Assembly (NCBI GenBank): GCA_965223545.1
Contig: OZ245006.1
Location: 3,904,001 to 3,968,000, forward strand
Source of the DNA: Planctomycetota bacterium
GTDB lineage: Bacteria; Planctomycetota; UBA1135; UBA2386
Direction: 5' to 3'
DNA length: 64,000 nt
Position numbers and translations under genes: made by a program. The stretch's first letter is position 1, and each line of letters starts with the position of its first letter. The notes beneath the pieces were generated by a model, which did not search any database, had not been told where the DNA came from, and saw only the letters and a list, made by a program, of their open reading frames with translations. Shown here in pieces: positions 36,901-46,234 of this stretch.

Positions 36901-37665
36901 ATCATGGCGCGCAGCTACCGGCATGGTGGCGGGGAGACCGGCAACTTCGACGTCGGCGAGGTCAACGAACTCTTGGCAGGTGTGCTGGCGCAGGGAGTAG
37001 ACAACGTGCGCGCCGCGGACGGCGGCTCCGGCGGTGGCACGTTCGCCGACATTGTCGAGCGCGGCGGACATACGATCCGCCATCGGCGACAGGCGCTGAC
37101 GGCGCAGGACTACGAGGACCTTGCGCGGGAAGCATCACCCGCCGTAGCTGTCGCACGGGCTCTGCCGACGCGCCGTGCCGACGGAACGATGGCAGCCGGC
37201 GCTGTGACGGTACAGATCGTCCCGTTCAGCAAGGACTCGCAACCGCAAGCGTCCTTCGCCCTGCGGCAAATGGTGCAAGAGTACGTCCGTCGGCGAGCAC
37301 CCGCGGCAGTTGCCCACGGTGTTGCCGTTGTGCCTGCGACCTACTTGCCGGTGGGAGTCCGCGTCTCGGTGCAACCCAGGAGCTTGTCTCGCGCCGGCGA
37401 GGTCGTCACCTTGGTGAGCGAAGAAGTCCATCGGTTCCTGCACCCACTACTCGGTGGTGCGGACGGGCTTGGTTGGCGCTTCGGCGAGGATGTCTGCCTC
37501 TCCGACCTCGCGGCACTCCTCGAGAACATCGACGGTGTCGACTTCATCGACTCGCTGCAGGTGTCACGCAACGGCGCCGCGGCCGGCGAAGTGCTCGCCG
37601 TACCCGAGGACCGACTCGTGGTAGCCGGCACGGTCAACGTCTCGCTGAGCGGAGGAGGTTCGTAG
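33955..37665 (+). CDS. Baseplate J-like assembly protein 1 (large, with insertions)
   Basis: PPLDGRD, RLDQVPD, GRVLFGDGEHGAIP, YRHGGG, QALTAQDYEDLA, FLHPLLGG...GWRFG. Confidence 0.9.
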   Translation: MTQQTPPLDGRDATSVLNTAVSLASGHVPGWSPTDGSLGWALLNAQARLAHVIGGRLDQVPDRVKAAFYDQLGLALLAPQAARAPVAFEPMTGTADSQVSGGTRVGATDPELDTPVVFESEAGAALATARLVEVVSAWPGRDAVSFHSAEAMRGDPFTPFSGLQQVEHALYVAHAEHFALTGASTVAVEIAVAQPSAKSLQLAWHYFDGERWRSLSTTHDGTSGLTKSGTVELSADCAVNVETRVHRTDGLWIRAVLDEQVSSSGGCGLPELADIRLRTVIDRTIDSCDALADDDPIQPDASYGGGQKLDLSNAIEPFGPRPAPGSVWYLQCDEALFRTNAEVSLCFTKVVTPEEELDDEAAQFEEQFTDMTAALFEAGLDVARAIAAAGEARAELATSTTEADALRDAVDTLEATVSDVAGRAGATVDLVWLDELVGPAEDVVTTANATAVGMVDPFSLGIELAILSALLSGNLSSVFSLVATLESHNDTRVQAAGSDNLTGVARSIEALRALEEVTPIGATVGAGAKLPTLSDPEVSWEYWNGRGWVELAIEGAPDALSLRDSGPIHFTVPRNLAMTEVEGSEGYWIRARLRHGGYGTVRIVSWRDEHSQKQNIMPIVEHRPPVLELVRFGYRWTSPDASPQHALTHNDFRFDDVTDATSGRGGQFAPFTAPPDRTPTLYLGFDRALPTDAIGLFFDVQEVLGLEAGPELIWEAYGDGEWHELSVSDETGHLVLPGLLSVAYPGFPAPVSADVVSAAEATVTVQTLEGAARFASGDEVFIAVGGEGELAVVDAVDQYEVRLREPLTEDHSSATMEIAGLARFGTPRTWLRARMREDGDPAASQVASIRTNVVWCEQRESVSDEIMGSGNGEADQVLWFRNVPVLDGQQVEVRELEGARAAVEEPMLRAELLAEGVSEDRIRLGTDIRTGDINAVWVRWEAVDNLLFAGSRDRVYTLERSTGRVLFGDGEHGAIPTAGSDNIMARSYRHGGGETGNFDVGEVNELLAGVLAQGVDNVRAADGGSGGGTFADIVERGGHTIRHRRQALTAQDYEDLAREASPAVAVARALPTRRADGTMAAGAVTVQIVPFSKDSQPQASFALRQMVQEYVRRRAPAAVAHGVAVVPATYLPVGVRVSVQPRSLSRAGEVVTLVSEEVHRFLHPLLGGADGLGWRFGEDVCLSDLAALLENIDGVDFIDSLQVSRNGAAAGEVLAVPEDRLVVAGTVNVSLSGGGS

Positions 37666-40052
37666 TGCCGATCCCGCTCCCAAACCTGGACGACCGCAGG
37701 TGGGATGACCTCGTCGCCGAGGGACGGTCCGTTCTGACGCGGCATGCTCCCGGTTGGACCGACCACAACGCGCACGATCCTGGAATCACCTTTCTGGAGC
37801 TCGCGGCCTATCACTACGAGCGGCTTTCCTATCGTTGCAATCGCATCAGCGATCGGTTGCGCCGCAAGTTCCTGGCGTTGACCGGTCACGATCCGCGCGG
37901 TGCCCTGCCGGCGCGTGCGGTCATGTCCGTCGAGTTGCGCGCCGGAGCCGGGCCACTCGAGCTACCTGCCGGCGTCGAGTTCACTGCGGCCAGCTCTACA
38001 GCTCGTTCGTTCAACTTCAGCACGAGGCACACGAGAGTCCTTCACGACAACGCATTGCTCGCGTTGATCGGCTGGGACGGTTCGGCTGCCGTCGACCACC
38101 TACAATCGGCGCGGGATGGCCTGGCCTTTGCACCGTTCGGCAGCGACCCCGACGCATCCGCGACGACAGGCGCGGGGCCAGCACTGCTGCTCGGCTTCGC
38201 CGGCCCGCTTTCGGACGAGAAGGAGACCACGCTACATCTGGAGATCGTCGACGGCACCGTAGCCGAGCGCGAGCGGCTTCTTGCCGAAGCCACACGCCGG
38301 GTCTGTCCCGCGCCACCGGATTGCTCGGCGGGCCGCGCGAGCGTCGAACAGGCACTACCGGTGAGCGTGCACTCCCCGGCCGCGTTGCTAGCCGGGTGGA
38401 GGCATCACTCTGCGACGATCCTGTGGGAGTACTACGGCAACGAGGGCTGGCAAGAGCTGTCGCCCGAGAACGGGCAGGTACGCGACGAAACCAGGGCCCT
38501 CACTCTCAGTGGGCGCGTCGTGGTGCAACTGCCGGTCCCCACCGCACCAGCAACCTCGGTGATGCAGCCCGTCGCACTGCACGGCACCGAACCGGTCTAC
38601 TGGCTGCGCGCCCGCCTGGTGGAGGGGCAATACGATGCGCCGCCTCGGCTGCGGCGCGTGCTGTTCAACGCCGTCGACCTCGAACAGGCCGCGGTCGCGT
38701 GGCAGGACCTCGTGATCGCCAAAGGCGTTTCGCCGGCAGCGGACCCGGTGGTCGGCCAACTGCAAACACTCTGGCTGCAATTCGACTCCACCGGTTCGGT
38801 GGTCGGCATCGAGGTCGGTGGCACCCGCGGCGCCGAGCTGTTGGTTCTCGATTACACGCCGCCGACCCCGACAGAGCAGGGCTCGATTCGTCTTCCCTTG
38901 CTGGCATTGGGAGCGGGCGAGGCGCTCCCTGACCAGACCTTCCAGCTGTTGTCGTCCAGCGAGGCCACGGCAGGAGCCCTTGTCGTGCCGTCGAGCACGC
39001 GGGCGTGGGTGACGGACGCGACATCGTGGCGCGCCGTGCGGCCGGTCGTGGACCTCGACGCATCAGGGCCACTCGACCTCGAGGCCGTCGTCGATGCCGA
39101 GGTCGGCGAGCTTCACTTCGGCGATGGGGAGCACGGGGTCACCCCGGCCGCGGAGGATTTCGTGCTGGCCGCTTTCCAGTCGACGTTCGGCGCTGCCGGC
39201 AACGTCAGGGGCAGCGCCACTTGGTCACTCTCGACATCATCCGCCGTCAATGCGGCCCTGCTCGGCGACCCTGAGTCGTTCGCCCAGGATCTTGCCGGTG
39301 TCGCTGCGCCGATCGGTGCAGCCGGCGGCGCGCCGCCCGAGTCCGTCGGCGACGCCGCCCGGCGCGCAGCACGGACACTCTGGGCTCACGAGCGCATCGC
39401 TGAGCTCTGCTCGGGAGAGGTGGCGTCGCTCGACGGCCTCGACCGCGCAACGGTGATCGCGCGTGAGGAGCCGGTACGAGCGGTCACCCTTTGCGACTAC
39501 GAACGCATTGCTCTCACGGTGCCGGGGACGCGGATCGAACGAGCCCGTGCTTGGGCAGGCCTCGACCCGGCCCTACCGTGCCTCACGGCCAGCGGCACGG
39601 TGACGGTTGTTGTCGTGCCGCGACTGCCTCGCCGGCGGCCGATGCCGAGTCGGGCGTTGCTCGAGGAAGTGCGCCGCTACCTCGACCAGCGTCGAACCAT
39701 CGGCACTCGTTTGATCGTGGCTCCACCGACCTACGTCGAGGTCGCCGTCCGCGCGACCCTGGTCGCGGTGCGGGGCAGCGACCCCGAGCGTGTGCGCGCG
39801 TCTGCCGAACGAGCTCTCGCGTCGTTCTTCGACCCACTTCGAGGCGGGCCGTTCGGTCGTGGGTGGCCGTTCGGTCGCAACATCTATTTCGCCGAGGTCA
39901 TGGCCGAGCTGGATCGTGCAACCGGCGTCGCGCACGTGCGCTCGCTGCAGCTGGTGCAGGCCGACGGCACTGCACTGTGCGGCAACTTGTGCGTCGCCGC
40001 CAACGCGCTCGTCGCCCTCAGCGCAACCGAGCTCGAGGTAGCGGAAACATGA
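37665..40052 (+). CDS. Baseplate J-like assembly protein 2
   Basis: GTG start overlapping the upstream stop; PLPNLDDRRW, WTDHNAHDPGITFLEL, FGDGEHG, RAVTLCDYE, GWPFGRN. Confidence 0.9.
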   Translation: MPIPLPNLDDRRWDDLVAEGRSVLTRHAPGWTDHNAHDPGITFLELAAYHYERLSYRCNRISDRLRRKFLALTGHDPRGALPARAVMSVELRAGAGPLELPAGVEFTAASSTARSFNFSTRHTRVLHDNALLALIGWDGSAAVDHLQSARDGLAFAPFGSDPDASATTGAGPALLLGFAGPLSDEKETTLHLEIVDGTVAERERLLAEATRRVCPAPPDCSAGRASVEQALPVSVHSPAALLAGWRHHSATILWEYYGNEGWQELSPENGQVRDETRALTLSGRVVVQLPVPTAPATSVMQPVALHGTEPVYWLRARLVEGQYDAPPRLRRVLFNAVDLEQAAVAWQDLVIAKGVSPAADPVVGQLQTLWLQFDSTGSVVGIEVGGTRGAELLVLDYTPPTPTEQGSIRLPLLALGAGEALPDQTFQLLSSSEATAGALVVPSSTRAWVTDATSWRAVRPVVDLDASGPLDLEAVVDAEVGELHFGDGEHGVTPAAEDFVLAAFQSTFGAAGNVRGSATWSLSTSSAVNAALLGDPESFAQDLAGVAAPIGAAGGAPPESVGDAARRAARTLWAHERIAELCSGEVASLDGLDRATVIAREEPVRAVTLCDYERIALTVPGTRIERARAWAGLDPALPCLTASGTVTVVVVPRLPRRRPMPSRALLEEVRRYLDQRRTIGTRLIVAPPTYVEVAVRATLVAVRGSDPERVRASAERALASFFDPLRGGPFGRGWPFGRNIYFAEVMAELDRATGVAHVRSLQLVQADGTALCGNLCVAANALVALSATELEVAET

Positions 40053-40966
40053 CGTACTCACCGGGCCTGGCGCAGCGAACCGAGTTCCGGGGAGGCACCA
40101 GGCTACTCCGTACCGACCTGGCCCGAGCTGATTCCCGAGAACGCGCCGTCATCGGCAGACACATCGTGCACGGCCACGGCACTTGGGGCGTAGCGCTGGG
40201 GTTGCGGATGCTGCTCAGCGACGACCGCAGCGCGGTTCTCGTCACCCCTGGGTTGGCGTTCTCGTGCGACGGAACCGCGCTGGTCGAACCAGTGACTCGG
40301 GTCCTGCAGCTGCCCGCGACACCGGGGCGGTTCTTCCTGCAGATCGGAGTCGGCCGGAGAGTCGCTCCGATCGCTTGCCCGCCGGCCGCCTCGCCCGACT
40401 CTGCGCCGCCCGCCGTATCCTATTGCTGGGTAGAGTTACAGCGGGTTAGCGTGCGACCGCGCCAAGTCGTGCTCGGCGCGGCACGCGTCACCAACGGGCT
40501 CGGTACCCTCGAGCCGGGGCTCCGCGATCACACCCGTCGTCTCGAGCCGCCGCGGCTGGCAACGGCCGAGGAGTCCGTCGGTTGGAGCTTGTCGGGTTCG
40601 GCGTACCTCGCAACCGTCGATCTGAGCAACCACCGGTTCGGCGCAGCACCCCTGTGCTTCGCTCAGCTCGGCGCGGACGCTGCTCTGCCCGGTGACCTGG
40701 TCGGCCCTTTCCTGTCGATCGGCGACCGATCGGCAACAGAGTTCGACGTCGAAGCTCGCTTCGCGTCACCGACCGACGCGTTTGCACCGTTCAGCGGCGA
40801 CGTCGAGGAGTGGCTCGCATCGGCGACGCTGCACTGGACCGCCGTCGAGGTCACGGCCGGCGACCTCGAGCCACCGATCGACCGAGATCGCATCTACGCC
40901 CTGTCTGGCGCTCGGGTCACCGATCTCCAGCGCTGGACAAAAGCACTGCGAGCGATGGAACCATGA
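40049..40966 (+). CDS. eCIS fibre/baseplate-associated protein, paralog 1 (divergent)
   Basis: RTEFRGGTRLLRTDL...HGTWGVALGL...VTPGLAFSCDG. Confidence 0.7.
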   Translation: MTYSPGLAQRTEFRGGTRLLRTDLARADSRERAVIGRHIVHGHGTWGVALGLRMLLSDDRSAVLVTPGLAFSCDGTALVEPVTRVLQLPATPGRFFLQIGVGRRVAPIACPPAASPDSAPPAVSYCWVELQRVSVRPRQVVLGAARVTNGLGTLEPGLRDHTRRLEPPRLATAEESVGWSLSGSAYLATVDLSNHRFGAAPLCFAQLGADAALPGDLVGPFLSIGDRSATEFDVEARFASPTDAFAPFSGDVEEWLASATLHWTAVEVTAGDLEPPIDRDRIYALSGARVTDLQRWTKALRAMEP

Positions 40967-41916
40967 GCCAATTCGAGATTCCGGAGCTGGAGCGAGCGCA
41001 GTTCTTCGACGGTCAGCTGCTCACAGCAGCAGATCTTGAGGCCGGGTTGCAGCGCCTACGCGACTTGCGTTGGCTGCACAACCGCGCCACGCACGGCTGG
41101 GGCATCGCGGTCGGCTTCGCCGCCGAGGGCACTGCCGGCGGCAACGTAGTGACTGTCGGCGCCGGCTACGCGATCGACATTTCCGGCCGCGAGATCGTGG
41201 CGCTGCAGGAAACGGTCCTAGAAGTGCCACCGATCGCGGGCACTGCCACCGGTGAACCGCGGGAGCTGTACCTCACGGCTTCCTACCTCGAGGATGACGA
41301 GCTGGAGACTGTCACCAAACGGCTCGGAGTCTGCGGAGCAAGCGGGGCAGTGCGGAGGCTCGAGCAGCCCCTGCTGCGCTTCCAAGACCCCACCGACAAG
41401 ACCTCGGCAGAGCGCTACCGCGAAGGGCAAGACATCGTCCTGGCAACGGTCGAAGTGCTCGAATGCGTTCTCTTCGATGCCCCAGCAACCGTGTTGCGGC
41501 GCCAACTTCACCGGCGCAGCACCGCCTATGCCGCGGCTGGCACGACCCGCGCAGGGGCCACCGAGTGGACCTGGTGGCCGACCACCGGCGACCCCGCCGC
41601 CGTGCAGACCGTCGTCGACACCTCCGCTGCCGGATTCGGTCGGATACCGGTGTACTCAGCCAACGTCGTCGGCGATCGGATCGTGGCGAGATCCAGCTTC
41701 GGAATCTTCGAGATCCAGCACCTCCTGGATGGCCAGGTCGTGATCGCCGACCCGACAGCGCAGCAGTTCGTCCTGCGAATGCTGCTTCCGCGCAACCTGC
41801 AGCTCGGCGTGCTGCGCGACCTGAACGCCGATGCGCGGTTCTCGACGGCGACACTCTCGGCGCTGCGCGCCGATGCACGCTGGTACGTGAGCTGGATGGG
41901 AGTGGAGGCGCCGTGA
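40963..41916 (+). CDS. eCIS fibre/baseplate-associated protein, paralog 2
   Basis: RAQFFDGQLLTAADL...HNRATHGWGIAVG...GYAIDISGREI. Confidence 0.75.
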   Translation: MSQFEIPELERAQFFDGQLLTAADLEAGLQRLRDLRWLHNRATHGWGIAVGFAAEGTAGGNVVTVGAGYAIDISGREIVALQETVLEVPPIAGTATGEPRELYLTASYLEDDELETVTKRLGVCGASGAVRRLEQPLLRFQDPTDKTSAERYREGQDIVLATVEVLECVLFDAPATVLRRQLHRRSTAYAAAGTTRAGATEWTWWPTTGDPAAVQTVVDTSAAGFGRIPVYSANVVGDRIVARSSFGIFEIQHLLDGQVVIADPTAQQFVLRMLLPRNLQLGVLRDLNADARFSTATLSALRADARWYVSWMGVEAP

Positions 41917-44198
41917 CCACAGAAGCGACCTTCCGCTATCTCAACCTGGAGCGCCGCTGGCCGCGCTTCGAGCGCACGGGACTGCGCATCGACGCCAAGG
42001 GCGGATTGAGGCTGGCGCCAGCGATCACTTTCGAGAGCGTCGTGGCCGGCACCGCCACCCCCACACTCCCGGCGGCGACCGGACCGGCCGGCATCGGCGT
42101 CGATTCCGCGGGAAACGTCTGGTACGCAGACCCGACCGAACACAGGCTCCTCAAGCTCGACGCCTGCTCCGACTCAGTCCAGCAACAGACCTGCATGGAC
42201 GGGCCCGGACAGCTACCCGGTCAGTTACTCGAGCCGCACGGCGTGGCAGTCGCCAAGCGCGGAGAACGCGAGGTACTGATCGTCGCAGACTCGGGAAACC
42301 GACGCGTCCAGATCTTCGACCTCTTCACGTTCCAGCTGCTCGACGTCTGGTCGGGGCCACCGCCGGTGGCTGGCGTCCTCGCGCCCGGTGGTTTCGACAC
42401 ACCGTGGGACCTGGCTGTCGATCGGCGCGGTTGGGTGTTTGTCGCGGATCCTGGCCGCTACACAGGCAACGGACTGCGAACTGGGGGACGGGTCCAGCGG
42501 TTCTCGCTTGTTGGTGGCTTCGATCCGGAGTTCACCGCGACCATGACGGCGCAGCGCGCCCGACCGGCAGCGCCAGTCGGCGTCGCGATCGTGACGATGC
42601 CAAACGGTGACGAGCGACTGTTGGTGCTGGACGGGCATCCCGCGCGGGTACTGGTCTACACCGTCGACGGCAAGCTCGACGGGCTTGCGACCGAGACTTG
42701 GGCGGGAGCGCTGGCAGCGGAAGACGTGCCATTGACAGCGACGGTCAACGGCGACGTCCTGTACGTCGCCACTGCGGACGGCCGCCTCTTGAGCTTCGAC
42801 GACAGCGGCAGCCTGCTGGGATCCGTCACCGACGACACCGCTGTCGCCGGGATCGCGATCGACTGCGACGGCCGCCTGATGGCGACGGGCGCGGATGGAG
42901 GGCTACGGCGCGAAGCTGCAGGTGGCCGTTTCGGAACGTGCGGCACGTTCCTCGCGGGTCCGTTCGAGGTACAGGGCCGTCAGACCGAGTGGCAGATGCT
43001 GAGCGCAAGACTGGCCGCGTTGCCTGACGGCACTCATTTGCGGCTGTTTGCACGTACCAGTGATGTGGAGGACGGTGCCGCTACTCAGACCCCACCGGCG
43101 CCGGTGGCCTGTGACGGAAGCTTGATCGCCGAGGTGCGCACGGCCGAGCAAACTGCGGCTCTCGACGAGTGGTACGCCGGCCCCTGGGACCAACCCGAGA
43201 TCGGCCTGCGCAACGCTGCGGGCCGCTACCTGTGGATTGCCGGGATTCTGCAGGGCGACGGCACATCCACGCCGGTACTCGAGCAGCTGCGCGTCGACTT
43301 CGATCGGCCTGGGTGGATCCGAGACCTGCCAGCCCTGTATCGACGACAGGCCGGCGGACGCCGCCTCCGCAGCGACCCCTCTCAGGTGCGGTTCACGCTG
43401 CCGTCAGCGGACCGCGAGCGCCCCCAGCTCACCGTGCTGGAGACAGTCACGGCGGTCTTGGAGCGCACATGGGAATCGAGCAGCATGGCTCTGGAACGCC
43501 TGCCCACCTACCTAGACCCGAACGCTGCGCCGGACGAAGACAGCAACGGCTGGTTGGCGTGGCTGGCGACGTGGGTCGACCGAGGCCTCGACGAGCGCTG
43601 GAACGCGGCCCAGCGTCGCGCAGCCGTGTCGAATGCATTTGCCGAGCACGCACGCCGCGGGACGGTTGCGGGACTGCTGCATGCGCTATCGCAGGAGGCG
43701 GGTGTTCAAGCGATCCTGGACGAAGGTGCGCGACTACCCGGTCCATGGGTGCTTGGGAGCGGCAGTCGTATCGGATTGGATTCTGCACTGGTGGCGGCCG
43801 ACCCACACGGCGCAGTCCTGGGCACTACTGCGCATGCCGATCGCTCGCATCTCCGCGACGGCGCGCCGCCGGGACAAGTCCTGTTCGACGAGTTCGTGCA
43901 CCATTTCGTGGTGCAGGTCTACGCCGCCGATCTGCAAGGCAACGAACACCGCGGCCGCATCGAACACATCATCGAGCGCGAAAAGCCGGCACATACGAGT
44001 TTCGAGCTCTGCGTGCTCGAGCCGACGCTGCGCGTGGGGCTGCAAGCCACGCTCGGCGTCGACGCCATCGTGTCGCATAGCGACGCTGTCCGCCGGCCAC
44101 GCCTCGGCGGATCGCTTTCAACGCCGTTGGCCACCCCACCGGGACCAAGGGAGCCAGATGCCGGACGGCGCGTCGGTGTGGACGCACACCTGCAGTAA
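41913..44198 (+). CDS. Phage tail protein (P2 gpI-like C-terminus) with N-terminal NHL beta-propeller
   Basis: NHL repeats (PAGIGVD, PHGVAV...VADSGNRRVQIF, PWDLAVD); LPALY, YLDP...WLAWLATWV, RRGTVAGL, IEREKPAHT. Confidence 0.85.
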   Translation: MTTEATFRYLNLERRWPRFERTGLRIDAKGGLRLAPAITFESVVAGTATPTLPAATGPAGIGVDSAGNVWYADPTEHRLLKLDACSDSVQQQTCMDGPGQLPGQLLEPHGVAVAKRGEREVLIVADSGNRRVQIFDLFTFQLLDVWSGPPPVAGVLAPGGFDTPWDLAVDRRGWVFVADPGRYTGNGLRTGGRVQRFSLVGGFDPEFTATMTAQRARPAAPVGVAIVTMPNGDERLLVLDGHPARVLVYTVDGKLDGLATETWAGALAAEDVPLTATVNGDVLYVATADGRLLSFDDSGSLLGSVTDDTAVAGIAIDCDGRLMATGADGGLRREAAGGRFGTCGTFLAGPFEVQGRQTEWQMLSARLAALPDGTHLRLFARTSDVEDGAATQTPPAPVACDGSLIAEVRTAEQTAALDEWYAGPWDQPEIGLRNAAGRYLWIAGILQGDGTSTPVLEQLRVDFDRPGWIRDLPALYRRQAGGRRLRSDPSQVRFTLPSADRERPQLTVLETVTAVLERTWESSSMALERLPTYLDPNAAPDEDSNGWLAWLATWVDRGLDERWNAAQRRAAVSNAFAEHARRGTVAGLLHALSQEAGVQAILDEGARLPGPWVLGSGSRIGLDSALVAADPHGAVLGTTAHADRSHLRDGAPPGQVLFDEFVHHFVVQVYAADLQGNEHRGRIEHIIEREKPAHTSFELCVLEPTLRVGLQATLGVDAIVSHSDAVRRPRLGGSLSTPLATPPGPREPDAGRRVGVDAHLQ

Positions 44199-44210
44199 CG
44201 GAGGACCGAG

Positions 44211-45908
44211 ATGTCGACATCAGAATGCTATTCCGCGAAAGAGCCCGCGCTCGCCGAACTGAGTGCGCCGGTCCGCAACCGCTATTTCTTCGGCAAGCTG
44301 CTCGACGCCCACCACCTCGAGCTCGAGCAAGATTACCTGAACCGCAAGCGATGGATGCTGAGCCGGCTCGGACTCGGCGCCGGCGTGCTCTGTGGGTTGC
44401 AGGTGCGCGCGATCCAGCGCGGGACGCGCCTGGAAATCGCACCGGGTGTGGCGATCGACGGGTTCGGCCGAGAGATCGTGGTGCCCGAGCCGAGCTCACC
44501 GATCGATCCCAGCCAGCCACTCGATGAGTGTGGCCGCCCTTCGGGCGCACCGTTGCGCACTGGCGGCACTGTCACCATCTGGCTTTGCTACCACGAGTGC
44601 GACGCCGAGCCGTCACGCGTAATGGTCGACGAGTGCGGCCCTGCCGAGAAATGCGAGAACGGCGTCACGATGGAGCGCTATCACGTGATGGTGACAGCTG
44701 GCGAGCCTGGCCTGCCGGGCAGGCTGTCGCCCAGAGAGTGTGCGGCGATCTTCGGCGAACCGCCCAAGCGTGGCACTCGCCGTGAGCTGATCTGCCGGTT
44801 GCTGTCCGGGCCCTGCCCCGACGTTGAGCAACCGTGTGTGCCGCTGGCGGTCGCCCGAATCGACGACAGTGGACGATTGTTGTCCGTCGACAACTGCGGG
44901 TTTCGAGCAAGCCTCTACAGCAATGCCATGCTGTTCGACCTGATCCTGTGCCTGGCCGAGCGCGTAGACATCTGCTGCGGAGGCAAGGCGCTCAAGGCGC
45001 TCGAGATCGTTTCGGGAAACTCGCAGAGCGGTACTCCTCAGCAGCCGCTTGCCGAACCGCTCGTCGTGCGCGTCACAGAAGGAGGCACTCCAGTCGCCAA
45101 CGAGACAGTCGACTTCCTGGCGATCGAGGGACGCGTCGGCGAATCGGGGACCTTGGGTGCGAGCTTCCAAACGCAAACCGACGGTAGCGGGCTTGCGACC
45201 TGCCCGGTCTGGGAGCTGGGCCCGGCAGAGGGTGTACACCGCACGCGGGCAACGATCAGTAGTGGCATGCCGGCCATGGTCGAGTTCCAAGCCGCAGCGA
45301 AACAACCGCAGCTCAGCTTCCCCACGATCGAATCGGTCTGGCCGCCGAACGCGACTTCCCTACGCCGCACGAGCGGCGGGATCGAGTCGGAGTGGTTCCA
45401 GCTCTGGTTGCGACAGCCATTCATCGAACTCACTTTCGATCGCAAGATCTGGCTGGAACAGCTGCAGAACCCGACCAACTGGTTGCGCGTGTTCATGGTC
45501 TTGTCGCATGGCGATAACGAGATCGAGGTGGTGCCACTCCCGGTCTTGTTCGACGGTGTGGGTACGACGCCGATCACCGGCGTTGCGGGCGTACCGGCGC
45601 GCTACACGCTGCCACAGGCGCCGCGCACTACGGGCAGGCTCGTGCGTTTCCTCGTGCTGGTGCGGCCCGAGCCCGACCTCGTCTTGGATGCCGACACTCG
45701 AAGCCTACTGCTCGACGGCGAGTTCGCCGGCAGCGTGCACGAGCAGGTGCAGCTGGACGAGATCTGGAGCTTGAAGGTCCCACACGTCTTCAACGACGAC
45801 GTCTGGAACGCGTTCGCGGCACCGACTCCGGCACCGGTGCTGCCACGCTCGGGTGATGGTGCCGAGGGCGGCCAGTTCCACAGCTGGTTCGAGCTGAGCC
45901 CGGAATGA
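44211..45908 (+). CDS. eCIS fibre/baseplate-associated protein, paralog 3, with Ig-like (Big_1-type) domain
   Basis: RNRYFFGKLLDAHHLELEQDY...GAGVLCGLQV...PGVAIDGFGREI; IVSGNSQSG...LAEPLVVRVT...TDGSGLA...WELG. Confidence 0.78.
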   Translation: MSTSECYSAKEPALAELSAPVRNRYFFGKLLDAHHLELEQDYLNRKRWMLSRLGLGAGVLCGLQVRAIQRGTRLEIAPGVAIDGFGREIVVPEPSSPIDPSQPLDECGRPSGAPLRTGGTVTIWLCYHECDAEPSRVMVDECGPAEKCENGVTMERYHVMVTAGEPGLPGRLSPRECAAIFGEPPKRGTRRELICRLLSGPCPDVEQPCVPLAVARIDDSGRLLSVDNCGFRASLYSNAMLFDLILCLAERVDICCGGKALKALEIVSGNSQSGTPQQPLAEPLVVRVTEGGTPVANETVDFLAIEGRVGESGTLGASFQTQTDGSGLATCPVWELGPAEGVHRTRATISSGMPAMVEFQAAAKQPQLSFPTIESVWPPNATSLRRTSGGIESEWFQLWLRQPFIELTFDRKIWLEQLQNPTNWLRVFMVLSHGDNEIEVVPLPVLFDGVGTTPITGVAGVPARYTLPQAPRTTGRLVRFLVLVRPEPDLVLDADTRSLLLDGEFAGSVHEQVQLDEIWSLKVPHVFNDDVWNAFAAPTPAPVLPRSGDGAEGGQFHSWFELSPE

Positions 45909-46234
45909 GCGTACGGGACCGAGAATCTTCGCGCGGCGACAACATTTCCGAGAGCCGGTTGTCGTCAGGACTTCGATACCGCAACTCCCGGACGCTGAGA
46001 AGCAACACGGGCGTCTGCGCTCAGCGTGGCCGTCCGGCACCGCTGGATTCGCGGGCTCCGCTACTGTCGCGGTGCGCTCGGATCTTGGTTGCGACCCCGG
46101 CCGCGCTGAGCGTACGGGACCGAGACCCGTCGCGCGGCAACAACATTGTCGTGGCGACGCCGCTGCCGCTCCGACGAGTGCGGCAGCCGAGTTTGGTTGC
46201 GGCCGAGGCCGCGCTGAGAACCAACGGAGAATGA
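45905..46234 (+). other. Repeat-built spacer or possible 109-aa ORF coupled to both neighbours
   Basis: 41-bp direct repeat (45906-45946 / 46107-46147, 37/41) and 26-bp direct repeat (46085-46110 / 46193-46218, 23/26); ATGA overlaps at both ends. Confidence 0.5.

Noticed and set aside
45905..46234. CRISPR array
   Set aside because: Only two copies of each repeat, spacing too long and irregular, and no cas genes.
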